A stretch of DNA of 64,000 nucleotides from Octopus vulgaris. Taxonomy: Eukaryota. The DNA lies in contig OX597831.1 in the NCBI GenBank assembly GCA_951406725.2, positions 23,622,001 through 23,686,000 on the forward strand, read 5' to 3'. Below, in pieces: positions 40,861 through 54,264 of the stretch. The notes under the pieces are model-generated. The model searched no databases and was not told the DNA's origin. It saw nothing but the letters and a program-made list of their open reading frames with translations. The first letter of the stretch is position 1, and each line of letters opens with the position of its first letter. A program made the position numbers and the translations under genes.

Positions 40861-41246
40861 TCTTGGAAGCACTCCGTCGGTTACGACGACAAGGGTTCCG
40901 GTTGATCTGATCAATGGAACAGCCTGCTCGTGAAATTAACGTGTAAGTGGCTGAGCACTCCACAGACACGTGTACCCTTAACGTAGTTCTCGGGGATATT
41001 CAGCGTGACACAGAGAGTGACAAGGCCGGCCCTTTGGAATACAGGTACAACAGAAACAGGAAGTAAGAGTGAGAGAAAGTTGTGGTGAAAGAGTACAGCA
41101 GGGGTCACCACCATCCCTGCCAGAGCCTCGTGGAGCTTTAGGTGTTTTCGCTCAATAAACACTCACAACGCCCGGTCTGGGAATCGAAACCGTGATCCTA
41201 CAACCGCGAGTCCGCTGCCCTAACCACTGGGCCATTGCGCCTCCAC
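40861..41246 (-). mobile_element. SINE family S3, full length and young
   Basis: tRNA-like head gtggaggcgcaatggcccagtggttagggcagcggactcgc...ggtttcgattccc. Perfect 12-bp TSD tatcatgtaaat (40849-40860 / 41247-41258). Confidence 0.92.
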
Positions 41247-41491
41247 TATCATGTAAATGACATCATGCTCAATGATGACTGTCAATGGTTCAGTTCCGTA
41301 CCCCCATTCATCTTTAACAATTCTTGCAATACATAGTTGCTGTTGAGCATCATGTTAAATTTAATTGAGTAAACCTATGAGGAAAGGCACCTCTAGGGCT
41401 GGATTAACACCCATACAAGTCTGAAGCAGGATTAAAACCCATACAAATTTAAAGCACATAAAGGGTTTTCGGAACACCCATCAATACATAA

Positions 41492-41798
41492 ATAATTGCA
41501 GTGTGGAAGGTGTTTATAAGCCATTTAAGAAACACACAAAAACCGTTAGATTCACTTCAACAATTAAACTTAATTTGTCAAAATATTTTCATCGCTTTCG
41601 AGATGCAGCATGGAATTTTGTCAGTGAACAGGTCGCAGTCTCAAAGCGACGAAAATATTTTGACAGATTAAATTTAAATGTTGAACGGTTTTTGTGTGTT
41701 TCTTAAATGGCTTATAAACACCTTCCACGCTGCAATTGTTTTTGTTCAAGCACACGATCTCAGATCACGTCACTTGCTATGCAAGTACATTTCCATAA
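41492..41798 (+). mobile_element. Penelope-like fold-back element (truncated inverted copy plus forward copy) with 13-bp TSD
   Basis: 41492-41607 is the reverse complement of about 41635-41738. catcaatacataa flanks both sides (41479-41491, 41799-41811). Confidence 0.88.
41617..41667 (+). ncRNA. Minimal type-I hammerhead with G3-C8 variant core
   Basis: UUUGUCA-GUGAACA-g-GUCGC-agucucaaa-GCGAC-GAAA-AUAU-UU-UGACAGA: 7-bp stem I (one G-U), perfect 5-bp stem II, palindromic helix III. Confidence 0.72.
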
Positions 41799-43361
41799 CA
41801 TCAATACATAATTAAAACTATAAGCATAATAAACCATAAAATTAATTTTTATTTTTCAAAATGAAACAAAACTAACAGTAAAATGGAAAACAATGATTAT
41901 TTTTGTATACCTCCACTTTATTTATATTTGAAAAAATGTTTCCTTTGTTTTTTAATTGTAATATCTTTGATCTGATTCTCACTATGACACCATGAACATT
42001 TCAAAATTATATTTCTGACAATATAAACCAGTTCAAATATTATTTCAGCAAGTTTAAAGTGATTTCTTTTGTAATGTAAACCATTTACCATTTCTGTGGA
42101 ATCCAGCTTCTATTGATGCTCTAAACCTGTGCTTATTTTACTTAATGGTTAATCCAGCACTGCTCATCTTCTATGAACTGAAGAGAAGAAGAATTTTATC
42201 CTCTGTTTCCTCTTATTTCTATCAGTGATCTTTGACCTTTACAAATTTTATTTAGACATAATATATTTCGGATGGCTTTATCAATTATGGCCTTTCTTTG
42301 TTCATGTGACACTAAATGTTTTGAAAGAGATTTGGATGCAATTTCTAGCAAGTCAGGTGACCATGTAGATGCTTCTTTATTGGTCCATTAGTTTGCTAGC
42401 ACTATATTTTTTATATATTGTTGGTGGGGGGGTATGTTGATAGGGTTGATGCATGTCAATTTTGACCTTTTAAATATCCTCTCAGAGCTTCAGTTATGTT
42501 TTCATTAGCTCTGTTTCGTCTTTAATTCTATCACAAAACATCATTAAAATTTTAATGAAATGTCATTAAAATTAAAAACGAAAGGTCTGGTCATGCTTGG
42601 TGAAGGGAATTATGGCCTTGGCTATGATGGCCGTAACAATTTAATCAACTAAAGAACTACTGAAATATCAGTTTCTAATTTTGGCATAAGGCAAGCAATT
42701 TTAAGGGAGAGGTTAAGATGATTACATCGATCCCAAAAATCAACTGGTATTTGTTTCATTGACCATAAAAAGATGAAAAGCATAGCATTTAAACCTATCA
42801 CGGGCTGATTCGTTTTATGTTAAAATTTGCCAAATCCAGCCTTTCACATCTACCCATCTGTGCCATTCTAGAGATAAACAACCACATCATAAAAATCAGC
42901 ATCCTCATCATCAAAATTTCAAAGCTATAAGATAACAAATAATTAATTCAAAACAACGTCCAACATCATCTATCTCTCTCACTCTGCCAATCTTTCTCCC
43001 CTAACTTCACCTCTCTCGTCTCTCCTTTCTTTTCCAGGTAGGATGGTCAGGTATCTCCTCCATAGCTAGACACCTATTTCTATCCCTCTGTTATATTTTA
43101 CCCTCTTAACTAACACAGATCCATCTCCCTCAAGACTACTCCTCTTCCCAGTCATGGATCTCTGTCTTGCAAATTACTTGGTGATCCTGCTGTAGATCCA
43201 GCCGTAGAGATTATGCCAAAACAAGAAACAGAGCCTGGTGCAATTCTCTGGTTTGCCAGTGCCTGTCAAACCCTGCCACCCATGCCAACATAGATAACAA
43301 ATCTTAAAAGATAAAGATGACTGATAAGGACTCATTCAATCAATGTCCATAAGTAATCATT

Positions 43362-43582
43362 ACTCTACTCTTTTACTTGTTTCAGTCATTTGTCTGTGGC
43401 CATACTGGAACATCACCTTCAGTCGAACAAATTGACCCCAGGACTTATTCTTTGTAAGCCTAGTACTTATTATATCACTCTCTTTTGCCGAACGGCTAAG
43501 TTACAGGGACGTAAACATACCAGCATCGGTTGTCAAGCGATGTTGGGGGGACAAACACAGACACACAAACACACACACACAA

Positions 43583-43615
<33 letters not shown>

Positions 43616-43652
43616 CATATATACGACAGGCTTCTTTCAGTTTCCGTCTACC

Positions 43653-43653
<1 letters not shown>
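43362..43653 (-). mobile_element. SINE S1 truncated at the edge of the inverted duplication
   Basis: Reverse-complement S1 that stops abruptly at gtctaccaa. Confidence 0.85.
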
Positions 43654-43688
<35 letters not shown>

Positions 43689-43692
43689 TTTG

Positions 43693-43733
<41 letters not shown>

Positions 43734-46700
43734 AAGTCAAGAGTGAAGAAGAAGAAAAAGAAGAAGAAAACAAGAAGAAGAAGAAGAAGAAAGAAGAAGA
43801 AAAGAAGAAAAAAGAAGAAGAAAAAGAAAGAAGAAGAAGAAGAAAGAAGAAGATAGAAGAGGAGGAGGAGGAGGAGGAGGAATTTCTAACTTTGCACAGT
43901 GGTGCCAAAGTTTCAGAATAGTCAATTTTATCACTCTCACTATAACTTACGTATAGTCAGTATACTACAATAACAATGACAACAACGATGACACAATAGA
44001 ATATAATATTAATATTATCTTTTAATAGTTGTGTAGATTAGTAAATTATATTGACTCAGTGCTCAACTGGTTTGATTTTATTTTATCGTCTCTGAAATGA
44101 ATTAGCAGAATTTTGAACTCAAAGTGAGCAGTATACTCAAGTTTGGCATGCATATTCGATTTCGTTAGTTTCTGCCTTGATAATAGTAATAATGAAGATG
44201 ATGATGATGATGATAACAACAACAACAACAACAACAACAATAATAATTTTTCTACTAAGATTTGATGCTCCTTTCAATGCCAACCAGAGTATTGGTAAGA
44301 TTTTTATGCAGTGTCCAACTTTTGAACACCCTTGAATTTTTTTTTGAGAATTACTCAGAACAATTTCTTTCAATTAATGCAAAGGTATATCACATCGAAG
44401 CATTTTTAATTACGTTCATACAGAGTTTCTTGTCCTAGTGTCTACGGGAATGTAAATTCAGATGATTTAGGTTAGGGTACAGACAGCCAGTCATCGATTT
44501 TGATTTCAAACTTCTTCAACAGAGAGCAGAGTTTAGTGTCCAATGAGGAAAGGTACGCATAAATATCAATTTACGTTAGGTATTACGAGGTTATTATTCA
44601 TTATCACTTAGTCTTCTCCATCATCCAAAATAATAAACTTTGTCCATCATGGATTCAATCAAATTCCACTGGAGCTGAATTTGTTTTATCCTTTGGGGTT
44701 GATAAAAAGTACCAGTTGAATACTGGGTTGATGTAATCAACTAGTCCAATTCCTCCTACAAAATTTCAGGCCTTGGATGGTTATAATAGAAGGATTATAT
44801 ATTATTTTTGGCAATCAAATAATGATATACTTTCTCTTTTTTTTGCTCACAACTGAAACAAACAATTAATTAGTTAGCAGGGTGGACAGATTGATTTTGA
44901 CTGGTGTTGCCACTTTCTTACATTGTAGAAGACTATCGATGGCTGAATGAACTTTTAAGTGGCTGTTTTCCATTGACTTAGCATATTCTGGTTTTGGCAT
45001 CAATATCCTGTTAAGAACAACTCAATAAAGATAGTCTGCATATTTGTACAATGCTAGAAATAGCAGCCAAATCCTAATAAAACGTTCTTTTTTTCTAAAA
45101 TAAAATTACATTTTTAAGAGTAAAAGGATATGGAAGTAACTGTTTGAATTTGATGACTGCTGGGTCATCAAATTTGTTCAATGCTAGAAATAGCAGCCAA
45201 ATCCTCATAAAACGTCCTATTTTCTAAAAAAAAACGTGCACATTGCTTAAGAGTAAAAGGATAGGGTAGTAACAATTTGATGACTGCTGGGTCAGAAAAG
45301 ATCCAGGGATCTTAATAATAACCCTTTTATAGATAACTGTGAGGTAAGGTGACTGCAGATTTCAAGTTAATTCAGTTTTCTAATTTTTCAACATTGACTG
45401 AGGTATGTGTCAGCAGTACCATCACTGGCGAAAGTACCTATTTCTTTATTACTCCACACCGGGCAAAATGCATAGCCATATTTTGTCTGTCGTTACGTCG
45501 TGAGTTCAAATTCCGCCGAGGTCGATTTTGCCTTTCATCCTTTCGGGGTCGATTAAATAAGTACCAGTTACGCACTGGGGTCGATATAATCGACTTAATA
45601 ACTATGTCTGTCCTTGTTTGTCCCCTCTGTGTTTAGCCCCTTGTGGGTAATAAAGAAATAGGTACTGCGGCTGATGAAGGTGGTACTGCTGACACATGCC
45701 GCTGATCAATGTTAGCCAAAGAATTAGAAAACTGAATTAACTTGAAATCTGACCACAGTCACCTTTACCTCACAGTTATCTAAAAAGGGTTATTATTAAG
45801 ATCCCTGGATCTTTTCTGACCCAGCAGTCATCAAATTCAAGCAGTTACTACCCTATCCTTTTACTCTTAAGCAATGTGCACATTTTTTTTTTTAGAAAAT
45901 AGGACGTTTTATGAGGATTTGGCTGCTATTTCTAGCATTGAACAAATTTGATGACCCAGCAGTCATCAAATTCAAGCAGTTACTTCCATATCCTTTTACT
46001 CTTAAGCAATGTGCACATTTATTTTTAGAAAAAAGAACGTTTTATTAGGATTTGGCTGCTATTTCTAGCATTGTACAAATATGCAGCAATTCTTTTATTG
46101 AGTTGTTCTTGTGATATTGATGCGAAAGAGCGGGGTGTGTGAAAGAGTCAATGGAAAAAAAGTACCAAAGTTCATTCACTTATCGATAGTCTTCTATTGT
46201 AATTAAGAAAGTGGTTTAGCACCCAGTCAAAATCAATCTATATTATTGATGAAGTTATTAATCAACCCGTCTTTTTTTAACTAATTATTGTTTTGATTTT
46301 GTTTCATTAATGGTATTGAGAGAAAGAACCCAGAAAAGAGTATATCATTATTTGATTATATAATATATAATCCTTCCTATTATAAGCACGAGGCCTGAAA
46401 TATTTGTAGGAGGGTGGACTAGTTGATTACATCAACCCCAGTATTCAACTGGTACTTGTTTTATCAACCCCAAAAGGATTAAAACCAAATTCAGCCGCAG
46501 TGGAATTTGATTGCCATCCATATAATATATACAGTGGAGTTTATTATTTTGGATGATGGAGAAGACTCAGCAAGCCAAGTGAGAACATAACCTCGTGGCC
46601 TATGTCATGGGGGGTAACCAGCCCACTTATGCGTACCTTTCCTTCATTGGACACTAAACTCTGCTTGCGAAGACCTGTTGAGGCAAGTGAAATCGAAATC

Positions 46701-47649
46701 AAAATTGAAATCGATGACTGGCATCTGTGCTAGTGGAGCGCTAAGAGTACCATCTGAGCGTGATCGTTGCCAGAGCAAGAAACTGGCCTCCGTGCCGGTG
46801 GCACGTAAAAAAGCACCATTCGAGTGTGATCGTTACCTGCATCGCCTTACTTGCACTTGTGCTGGTGGCACAGGAAAAAAAGCATTCAAGCGAGGTCGTT
46901 GCCAGTTCCTCTGGACTGCCTCCTGTGCATAAAAAGCACCATGCTGGTGGCACGTAAAAGCACCCACTACACTCTCTGGTTGGCATTAGGAAGGGCATCA
47001 AATTTGAGGCCTTGCACTTCCAGTAGAAAAAATTATTATTGTTGTTGTTGTTGTTGTTGTTGTTATCATCATCATCATCATCTTCATTATTACTATTATC
47101 AAGGCAGAAAGCTAGCAGAATCAGGCATAATGCATGCCAGATATAATGCTTGGTGGAATTTAGCCCTGTCTTCACATTTTGAGTTCAAATTCTGCTGAGG
47201 CCAACATTGCCTTTCATACTTTCAGAGACGATAAAATAAAATAAGTACCAGTTGAGCACTGAGGTCGATATAATTTACTAACCCCCTCATCCCCAAAAAA
47301 TTACTGGCTTTGTGCCAAAATTATTATTATTATTACTGTTCTTGTTGTTGTCGTCGTTGTTGTCATTGTTGTTGTTATTGTTGTTAGGAATTATATAATG
47401 ATATACGAGCCAAGTTATAGTGAGAGGAAGTGATAAAATTGACTGTTCATCTTCCTGAAAACTTTGTGACTTGTGCAAAAGTTAGAAATTCCTCCTCCTC
47501 CTCCTCCTCTTCTTTTTCTTCTTCTTTTTCTTCTTCTTCTTCTTCTTTTTCTTTTTCTTCTTCTTTTTTTTTCTTCTTTTTCTTCTTCTTTTTCTTCTTT
47601 TTCTTCTTCTTCTTTTTCTTCTTCTTTTCTTCTTCTTCTTCCTCTTCTT

Positions 47650-47741
<92 letters not shown>

Positions 47742-47782
47742 CATTATTACTATTATTATTATTATTATTATTATTATTATCA

Positions 47783-47873
<91 letters not shown>

Positions 47874-47897
47874 CATTATTGTTATTATTATTATTAT
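43654..47897. repeat. Large inverted duplication (arms ~43654-45458 and ~45642-47897; spacer is an S2 SINE body)
   Basis: For example atccagggatcttaataataaccc (45301) vs gggttattattaagatccctggat (45787), and ggaggaatttctaactttgcaca (43876) vs tgtgcaaaagttagaaattcctcc (47472). Confidence 0.93.
46560..47000 (+). mobile_element. Family S4 retroposon
   Basis: 5' region plus gtgccggtggcacgtaaaaaagcacc units and ggttggcattaggaagggcatc. Confidence 0.8.
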
Positions 47898-47906
47898 TTG
47901 TCTTAC

Positions 47907-47945
47907 ATTCTCTTGACTGTGAGACAATAATTGGTTGCTATTCAT
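47907..47945 (-). CDS. Candidate first coding exon (MNSNQLLSHSQEN) of a minus-strand gene
   Basis: ATG at 47945 and 13 codons, then GTAAGA donor (plus strand tcttac 47901-47906). Upstream 47946-48560 is unique, purine-rich and CAG-rich, like a 5' UTR. Confidence 0.25.
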
Positions 47946-48587
47946 ACCGAAGCGAAACCGAAAGTCTCAAGTATTGCAAAGCACCCAGCACATCACATAT
48001 ATCATTCTAATAAGCAATCACCTCCAACAGTCTGTCACTCTCTCCTCCACCCTCTCTCTCTCTCCACCACCCTCTCTATTTTTCTCTTAATTTTTCTTCT
48101 TCTTTACTTAAGAGATTTCTGCTAAATTCTGTGGTACATTACTACTTGCCACAATTCCTTATTTCTTTTTTTTTTTTCTTTTTCTTTTTCTTATTTTTTT
48201 TTTTATTTTTCTACAAGAAAGCTACACACTCACGCTTTACAATACAATTTCTTGACTCTCATTTTTTTTTTCTTTTCTTTTCTCTCCATCCTTCTCATTT
48301 TTCCTCATCTTGTGTATTTTTTGACACTTGCTACTTTTCTCGTCGCTACTATTTCCCCCCCCCCACCTCATTAGACAAATGTAAATGTATTTCGTTATTT
48401 CGTAAACTAATTGCATCTTGCACAAAAAGACTCATTCATACAAGCTTGCCTGGCTGCTGCATGTGCTGCTGCTGATGCTCGTGCTGCTGAATGTGATGCA
48501 GCCGCTGCTGGTGTTGCTGCTACTTCGCTTTCTGTGCAAGATAACTTTGGAAAACAAATGTAGTTCAGTTCATACTTACACTTTTGT

Positions 48588-48813
48588 TCTTTTACTTATT
48601 TCGATCATTTGACTGTGGCATCGCCTTGAAGGGTTTTAGGCAAACAAATCGACCCCGGACTTAGTCGTTTTGTTTTTTTAAGCCTAGTACTTATTCCATT
48701 GGTCCCTTTTGCTGAACTGTTAAGTTACGGGGACGAAAACACACCAACACCGGTTGTCAAGCAATGGTGATGGGGATGTGGACAAACAAACACACAGAAA
48801 CACATACGCATAA

Positions 48814-48857
<44 letters not shown>

Positions 48858-49020
48858 GATAAGCTTCTTTCTGTTTCAGTCTACCAAATCCACTCACAAA
48901 CAAAGTTTTGGTCAGCCTGAGGCAATAGCAGAAGATTCTTACCCAAGGTGCCACAAAGGGGGATTTATTCTGGGACCATGTGGCTGGGAAGCAAGTTCCT
49001 TATCATACAGCCACGCCTAC
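48588..49020 (-). mobile_element. SINE S1, diverged full copy
   Basis: Reverse complement of S1. Confidence 0.8.
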
Positions 49021-49105
49021 CCCAAGATATTTCAATATAATTATTTCTTAAGGCACAAGCTGGCAGAAACATTAGCACACGGGGCAAAATGTGTAACTGT
49101 ATTTC

Positions 49106-49186
<81 letters not shown>

Positions 49187-50763
49187 GTGTGTGTGTGTGT
49201 GTGTGTTTTCCTTCTCTAGCCATGCCTGGCTCATAAGGGCCAGTTTCCTGGTTTCCTTGGTGTATAGGTTCCCCACGTGAATGGGACGCTAGAGTGAGCT
49301 AATGTATGGCATATACATTCGATTACTATAGACAAATTATTTGTGCAGGTCATTCAGCAAAAGCTGAATGCTCATACATCGTCTTCGATAGGAGAGTCCA
49401 CCACACACACACACACACACAATGTTTGTTTTGGTAAATGTGTGAAACAGTGGGAATTTGAAATCCGAGTAAAATGTTGTGACAGCACAAAATTCCTGTA
49501 GGGTTTGTTTTAAAGTTTTCTTACATAAAATAATTTATACCATTTCACTTTTACAGTATTTAGATTCTAAAAAAGAAGCAACTTATTATTCATGATCAAA
49601 CAAGGAATGAATGTACACACAGCTGAAACGAGTTTTGATTTCACATTGGCTGGAATAAAATGTATCTAAAAGAACAATATTCAAAAGAATTTTGGTCAAT
49701 CAAGAATGACTATGGACATTTTAGTTCACCAAATCATTTTCCTGAATGCCTACTTTATTTGGCAATATTGTTCCATTTCGTATCAAGAACAGCAATTAGC
49801 TGGTGAATCAAAATTCCCCATTCACACCTGTTTATTTTTAAAATTCATTTCTTATCAATGTTTGTGAAATCCAACAAGAATAGTAATATTTGCATTTTGA
49901 GAACATGTATGAAATATTGCGAATGGGAAATTTGAATAAAAGAAGCCCAAACAATTCAGTTTCTAATTTTTTTTTGTTTCATTTTTAATGAAATAAATGG
50001 TAGTTATTATTCTCTTACCATATTGTTAGGCAACAAGAACTCTTATTCAAAATGAAAGAGAAGATTAGGACAGTTAAAATAGATTTCGAATTAATTTTGA
50101 TTGGGATATTTTGCATGTAACACATGATTATATTCAGAAGAATTGAGATTTGTGAATGAATAAGAGCTTTTAATCTCAAAATATTAGAAGAAAAAATAAT
50201 TTCATTAAGTTTTAGAGAAATAGAAATTGCATTTCTACAGTTTCTTTTATTCAAATTTTAAAATGAAGATAACCCATAGCTTTTCAAAACAAGGCTATTA
50301 AATTACATGTTCTTGTTCCTGAGAAATTACTTGGATTTTGTAGTTTTGCACTTTACCTCATAACTCCTAAATAGATATATGAAATTGGTGGAATTCCTTG
50401 CATTGGGAATAAAAGATATTTTTACTAGACACTTATTGCAAGTGTCCAGTAAGAATGGATTTCTGAAAAGTTAACCTATACAACACAACAATCTCATGTA
50501 GCTTATAATCTGAACTGAGGTATAGATTCAGATGACTTTTGGATAAAATTGTTTAAGGACACCGAATTAAGACTGAACACAAGAAAGATTTCTTGTAGCC
50601 CTGTCAAGTACATACCCTTAGGAATGTTTAATCTCAAGAACTAAAATGTGACAATCTAATCATTTTAGTAGAGTACTCTATGGTAAATATTTAACCTTTT
50701 GGCATTTAAACTGGCCATATTCAGTCCCAAATAGGTCTTTTTGCTTTGGGTATATTCTCAATT

Positions 50764-51068
50764 GTGGAGGCGCAATGGCCCAGTGGTTAGCGCAGCAGAC
50801 ACGCAGTTGGAGGATCACGGTTTCAATCCCCAGACTAGGCATTGTGTGTGTTTATTGAGCGAAAACACCTAAAAGCTCCATGAGGCTCCAGCAGTGGGTA
50901 GTGGCAACCCCTGTTGTACTCTTGCACCACAACTTTCTCTCACTCTTTCTTCCTGTTTCTTGAGTAATGCTGCGATGGACTGGCGTCCCGTCTAGCTGGG
51001 AGGAACACATACACCACAGAAACCTGGAAACTGGGCCCATGAGCCTGGCTAGGATTGAGAAGGGTGAC
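50764..51068 (+). mobile_element. SINE with S3 head and middle but a different tail
   Basis: Matches S3 up to tcctgtttct, then continues gcgatggactggcgtcccgtctagctgggg...gaaacctggaaactgggccc. Confidence 0.85.
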
Positions 51069-51253
51069 GTTCGTATGTTCATATTCTCAATCAAGTGAAA
51101 TATAGGAACTTGGCTGAAGTTTGTCTTGCAGTAGAGATTTTAAATCCATTTATCTGGGCACTTATTCATTCACAAATTTAGGTGAAATGGAATGAATGGA
51201 TATATGTTGAAGTAAAAATAATATTTCTTGCAAAGAAAAATATGCAAATAAAT

Positions 51254-51256
<3 letters not shown>

Positions 51257-51285
<29 letters not shown>

Positions 51286-51670
51286 GTTTAGCGTCCGTTT
51301 TCCATGCTAGCATGGGTTGGACGGTTCTACTGGGGTCTGTGAAGCCAGAAGGCTTCATCAGGCCCAGTCAAATCTGGCAGTGTTTCTACGGCTGGATGCC
51401 CTTCCTAACGCCAACCACTCCGTGAGTGTAGTGGGTGCTTTTTACGTGCCACCCGCACTGGTGCCAGACAGAGCTGGCAAACGGCCACGAACGGATGGTG
51501 CTTTTTATGTGCCACCGGCACGAGGGCCAGGCGAGGCTGGCAACGGACACGAAACGGGGCGGTGCTGGCAACGGTCGCGAAACGGAAAGTTCTCTTACAT
51601 GCCACCGGCACTGGTAACACATCTGCAATTTCCATTGATCGATTTCCATTGATCGATTTCGATTCTGATC
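51257..51670 (-). mobile_element. Family S4 retroposon, young 3' part with (GAT)n tail
   Basis: CpG-rich copy matching 36568-36928, followed by a 20-bp tandem (ttctgatcgtataaaatca x3) at 51663-51720. Confidence 0.88.
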
Positions 51671-51965
51671 GTATAAAATCATTCTGATCGTATAAAATCA
51701 TTCTGATCGTATAAAATCATATAAAAATTAACTTCTAAATATAAATGAATGAACCCGAGTTTATTCATTAAATAGTTTTCAAAAATTTTCCATTAAAACA
51801 ATTAGATATATATATAAAGATATAAAATAAATTAGAGTGAACAATTAAATTAGATTAAGATAATGAAAATAATTATTTTCCTATTAAATGTTCAGACTGG
51901 CCAGCTCTACCTTCTTCCATGTTCCCTACTATGTCATTCTAAAAATAATTAATCATATACCGATA

Positions 51966-52045
51966 GGCATATAGTGTAACAGTTAAGAACATGGGCTACT
52001 AACCCTAAGATTCTGAGTTTGGTTCCAAGCAGTGACCTAAACAAC
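51966..52045 (+). mobile_element. Family H tRNA head fragment
   Basis: ggcatatagtgtaacagttaagaacatgggctactaaccctaagattctgagtttggttccaagcagtgacct. Confidence 0.75.
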
Positions 52046-52120
52046 AATAACTCTAATTTCAGCAACGTATGTTCAGGTCATATTTTTTGTAAGCACAGGA
52101 GTGACTGTGGGGTAAGTGTA

Positions 52121-52616
<496 letters not shown>

Positions 52617-53499
52617 GTACATTATTGTAATCTTGAAACTATAAGATAATGGATGATTCATTGAAAAAATTGCTAATAGATAAGTGTTACATTTGACAGT
52701 GTAATCTGGACGCTATAGGGTTAAGCATAGGAGGACAGAGAGACAGTTGAGATCAAATTCTTTATTTGCCAGTGCCAATATATATTGCCAGTAGTCGGAT
52801 ATGAACTTCTGAATCTGTGGCAGGAAGTAGTTCATCCAATCAATTTTGATGAATAAACTAAGTCTGTCTTTGATCATACTAAATTCTTTTAAACAATGTC
52901 TAAAATTTTGGATAATTGTCGTTTTCTTTTGGTTTTCGTTTTTGATACATTTCTTGTTTATTTAAGTAGATCTAAAACGAACAAGAAAAATAATTTAATA
53001 AAATTGCTTTCATTTACATTTAAAAGAATTTGCAAATAGGAGTCACAGCAGTTCTTCTTTTTTTTTTTTTTTTTTTTTCATTTTTGAAGTTGAAAGTTGA
53101 AGATTGAGCATGTTGGTAATGCCAACCTCGTTTAGTTTTACACTCTTTTACATACTTTCTGTTTATGCTTCATTTATTTTCTTTCTTCCGTTTTTTTTTT
53201 TCTTTTTTTCTTTTACTTTTGATATTTTGGTTTCATTTCTAGGCAGGAAACCAGCATTAAGTTTACAGACAGGAAAATAAATTAAAAAAATTTTTTAAAA
53301 TCGGTAATTAAGTAACATATGAATTAATCATATTGCTGTTGTCATGGCTACTGTATACAGAAAAAAGACATTGTTATTGTTTCTTAATTCAGCCTATTGG
53401 TAAACTCTTTGCTTCCATTTAGTCAATGTATATATATAGAACACCTCCCCACCAACACATATGAACATATAAATTTTATTAATACATATGTATATATAA

Positions 53500-53604
<105 letters not shown>

Positions 53605-53695
53605 CACACATATATATATAATGTTATATTTTATGTGTGTGAATATATATATATATATACACACATATATATAATGTTATATTTTATGTGTGTGA

Positions 53696-53735
<40 letters not shown>

Positions 53736-54264
53736 CTTGATGTATATGTATACATACACATTCTTATATATACAAACATATGTACATGCATGCATGCATG
53801 CACACACATGCATACCAACACACACACGCACACATATAGTTATATAGTTATGTGAAGGTCAGTGACTTGTTGCTATTTTAGTTGTTGTTGTTGTTTAAAT
53901 GTTGCAGCTACATATATAAAGATGTTGCTTTGTTCGTCATGCGATGTTGTTGTTAAATTTACTGAACGGAATGGAGGAAAAAAAATATATAACTCTTAGT
54001 ACTGATTGCAATTATGTAAATTAAAATTTTATAGGAAATTAATTATGTATCTGTTAAATATGTATGTACACAAAGGGTGTATATATATGCATATATGTGC
54101 GTGTGTGTGTAAGTTCATCTGTGCGTCTATACAATTACGTATTTGCTTTTATAAACTAGTTCATGTGTACCGTAAAAAATTTATTGCTATCCCAATTAGG
54201 CTTAATTAAATTTTATAATAGATGCCTGAAGTGCTTCTTGGATTTATATTTTAAAAAATTAACC

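Larger units (their letters stand above)
41394..42162 (-). mobile_element. hAT-like MITE (family of 3804-4223) interrupted by a Penelope-like insertion
   Basis: TIRs tagggctggattaa / ttaatccagcactg; the body matches the other two copies. Confidence 0.8.
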
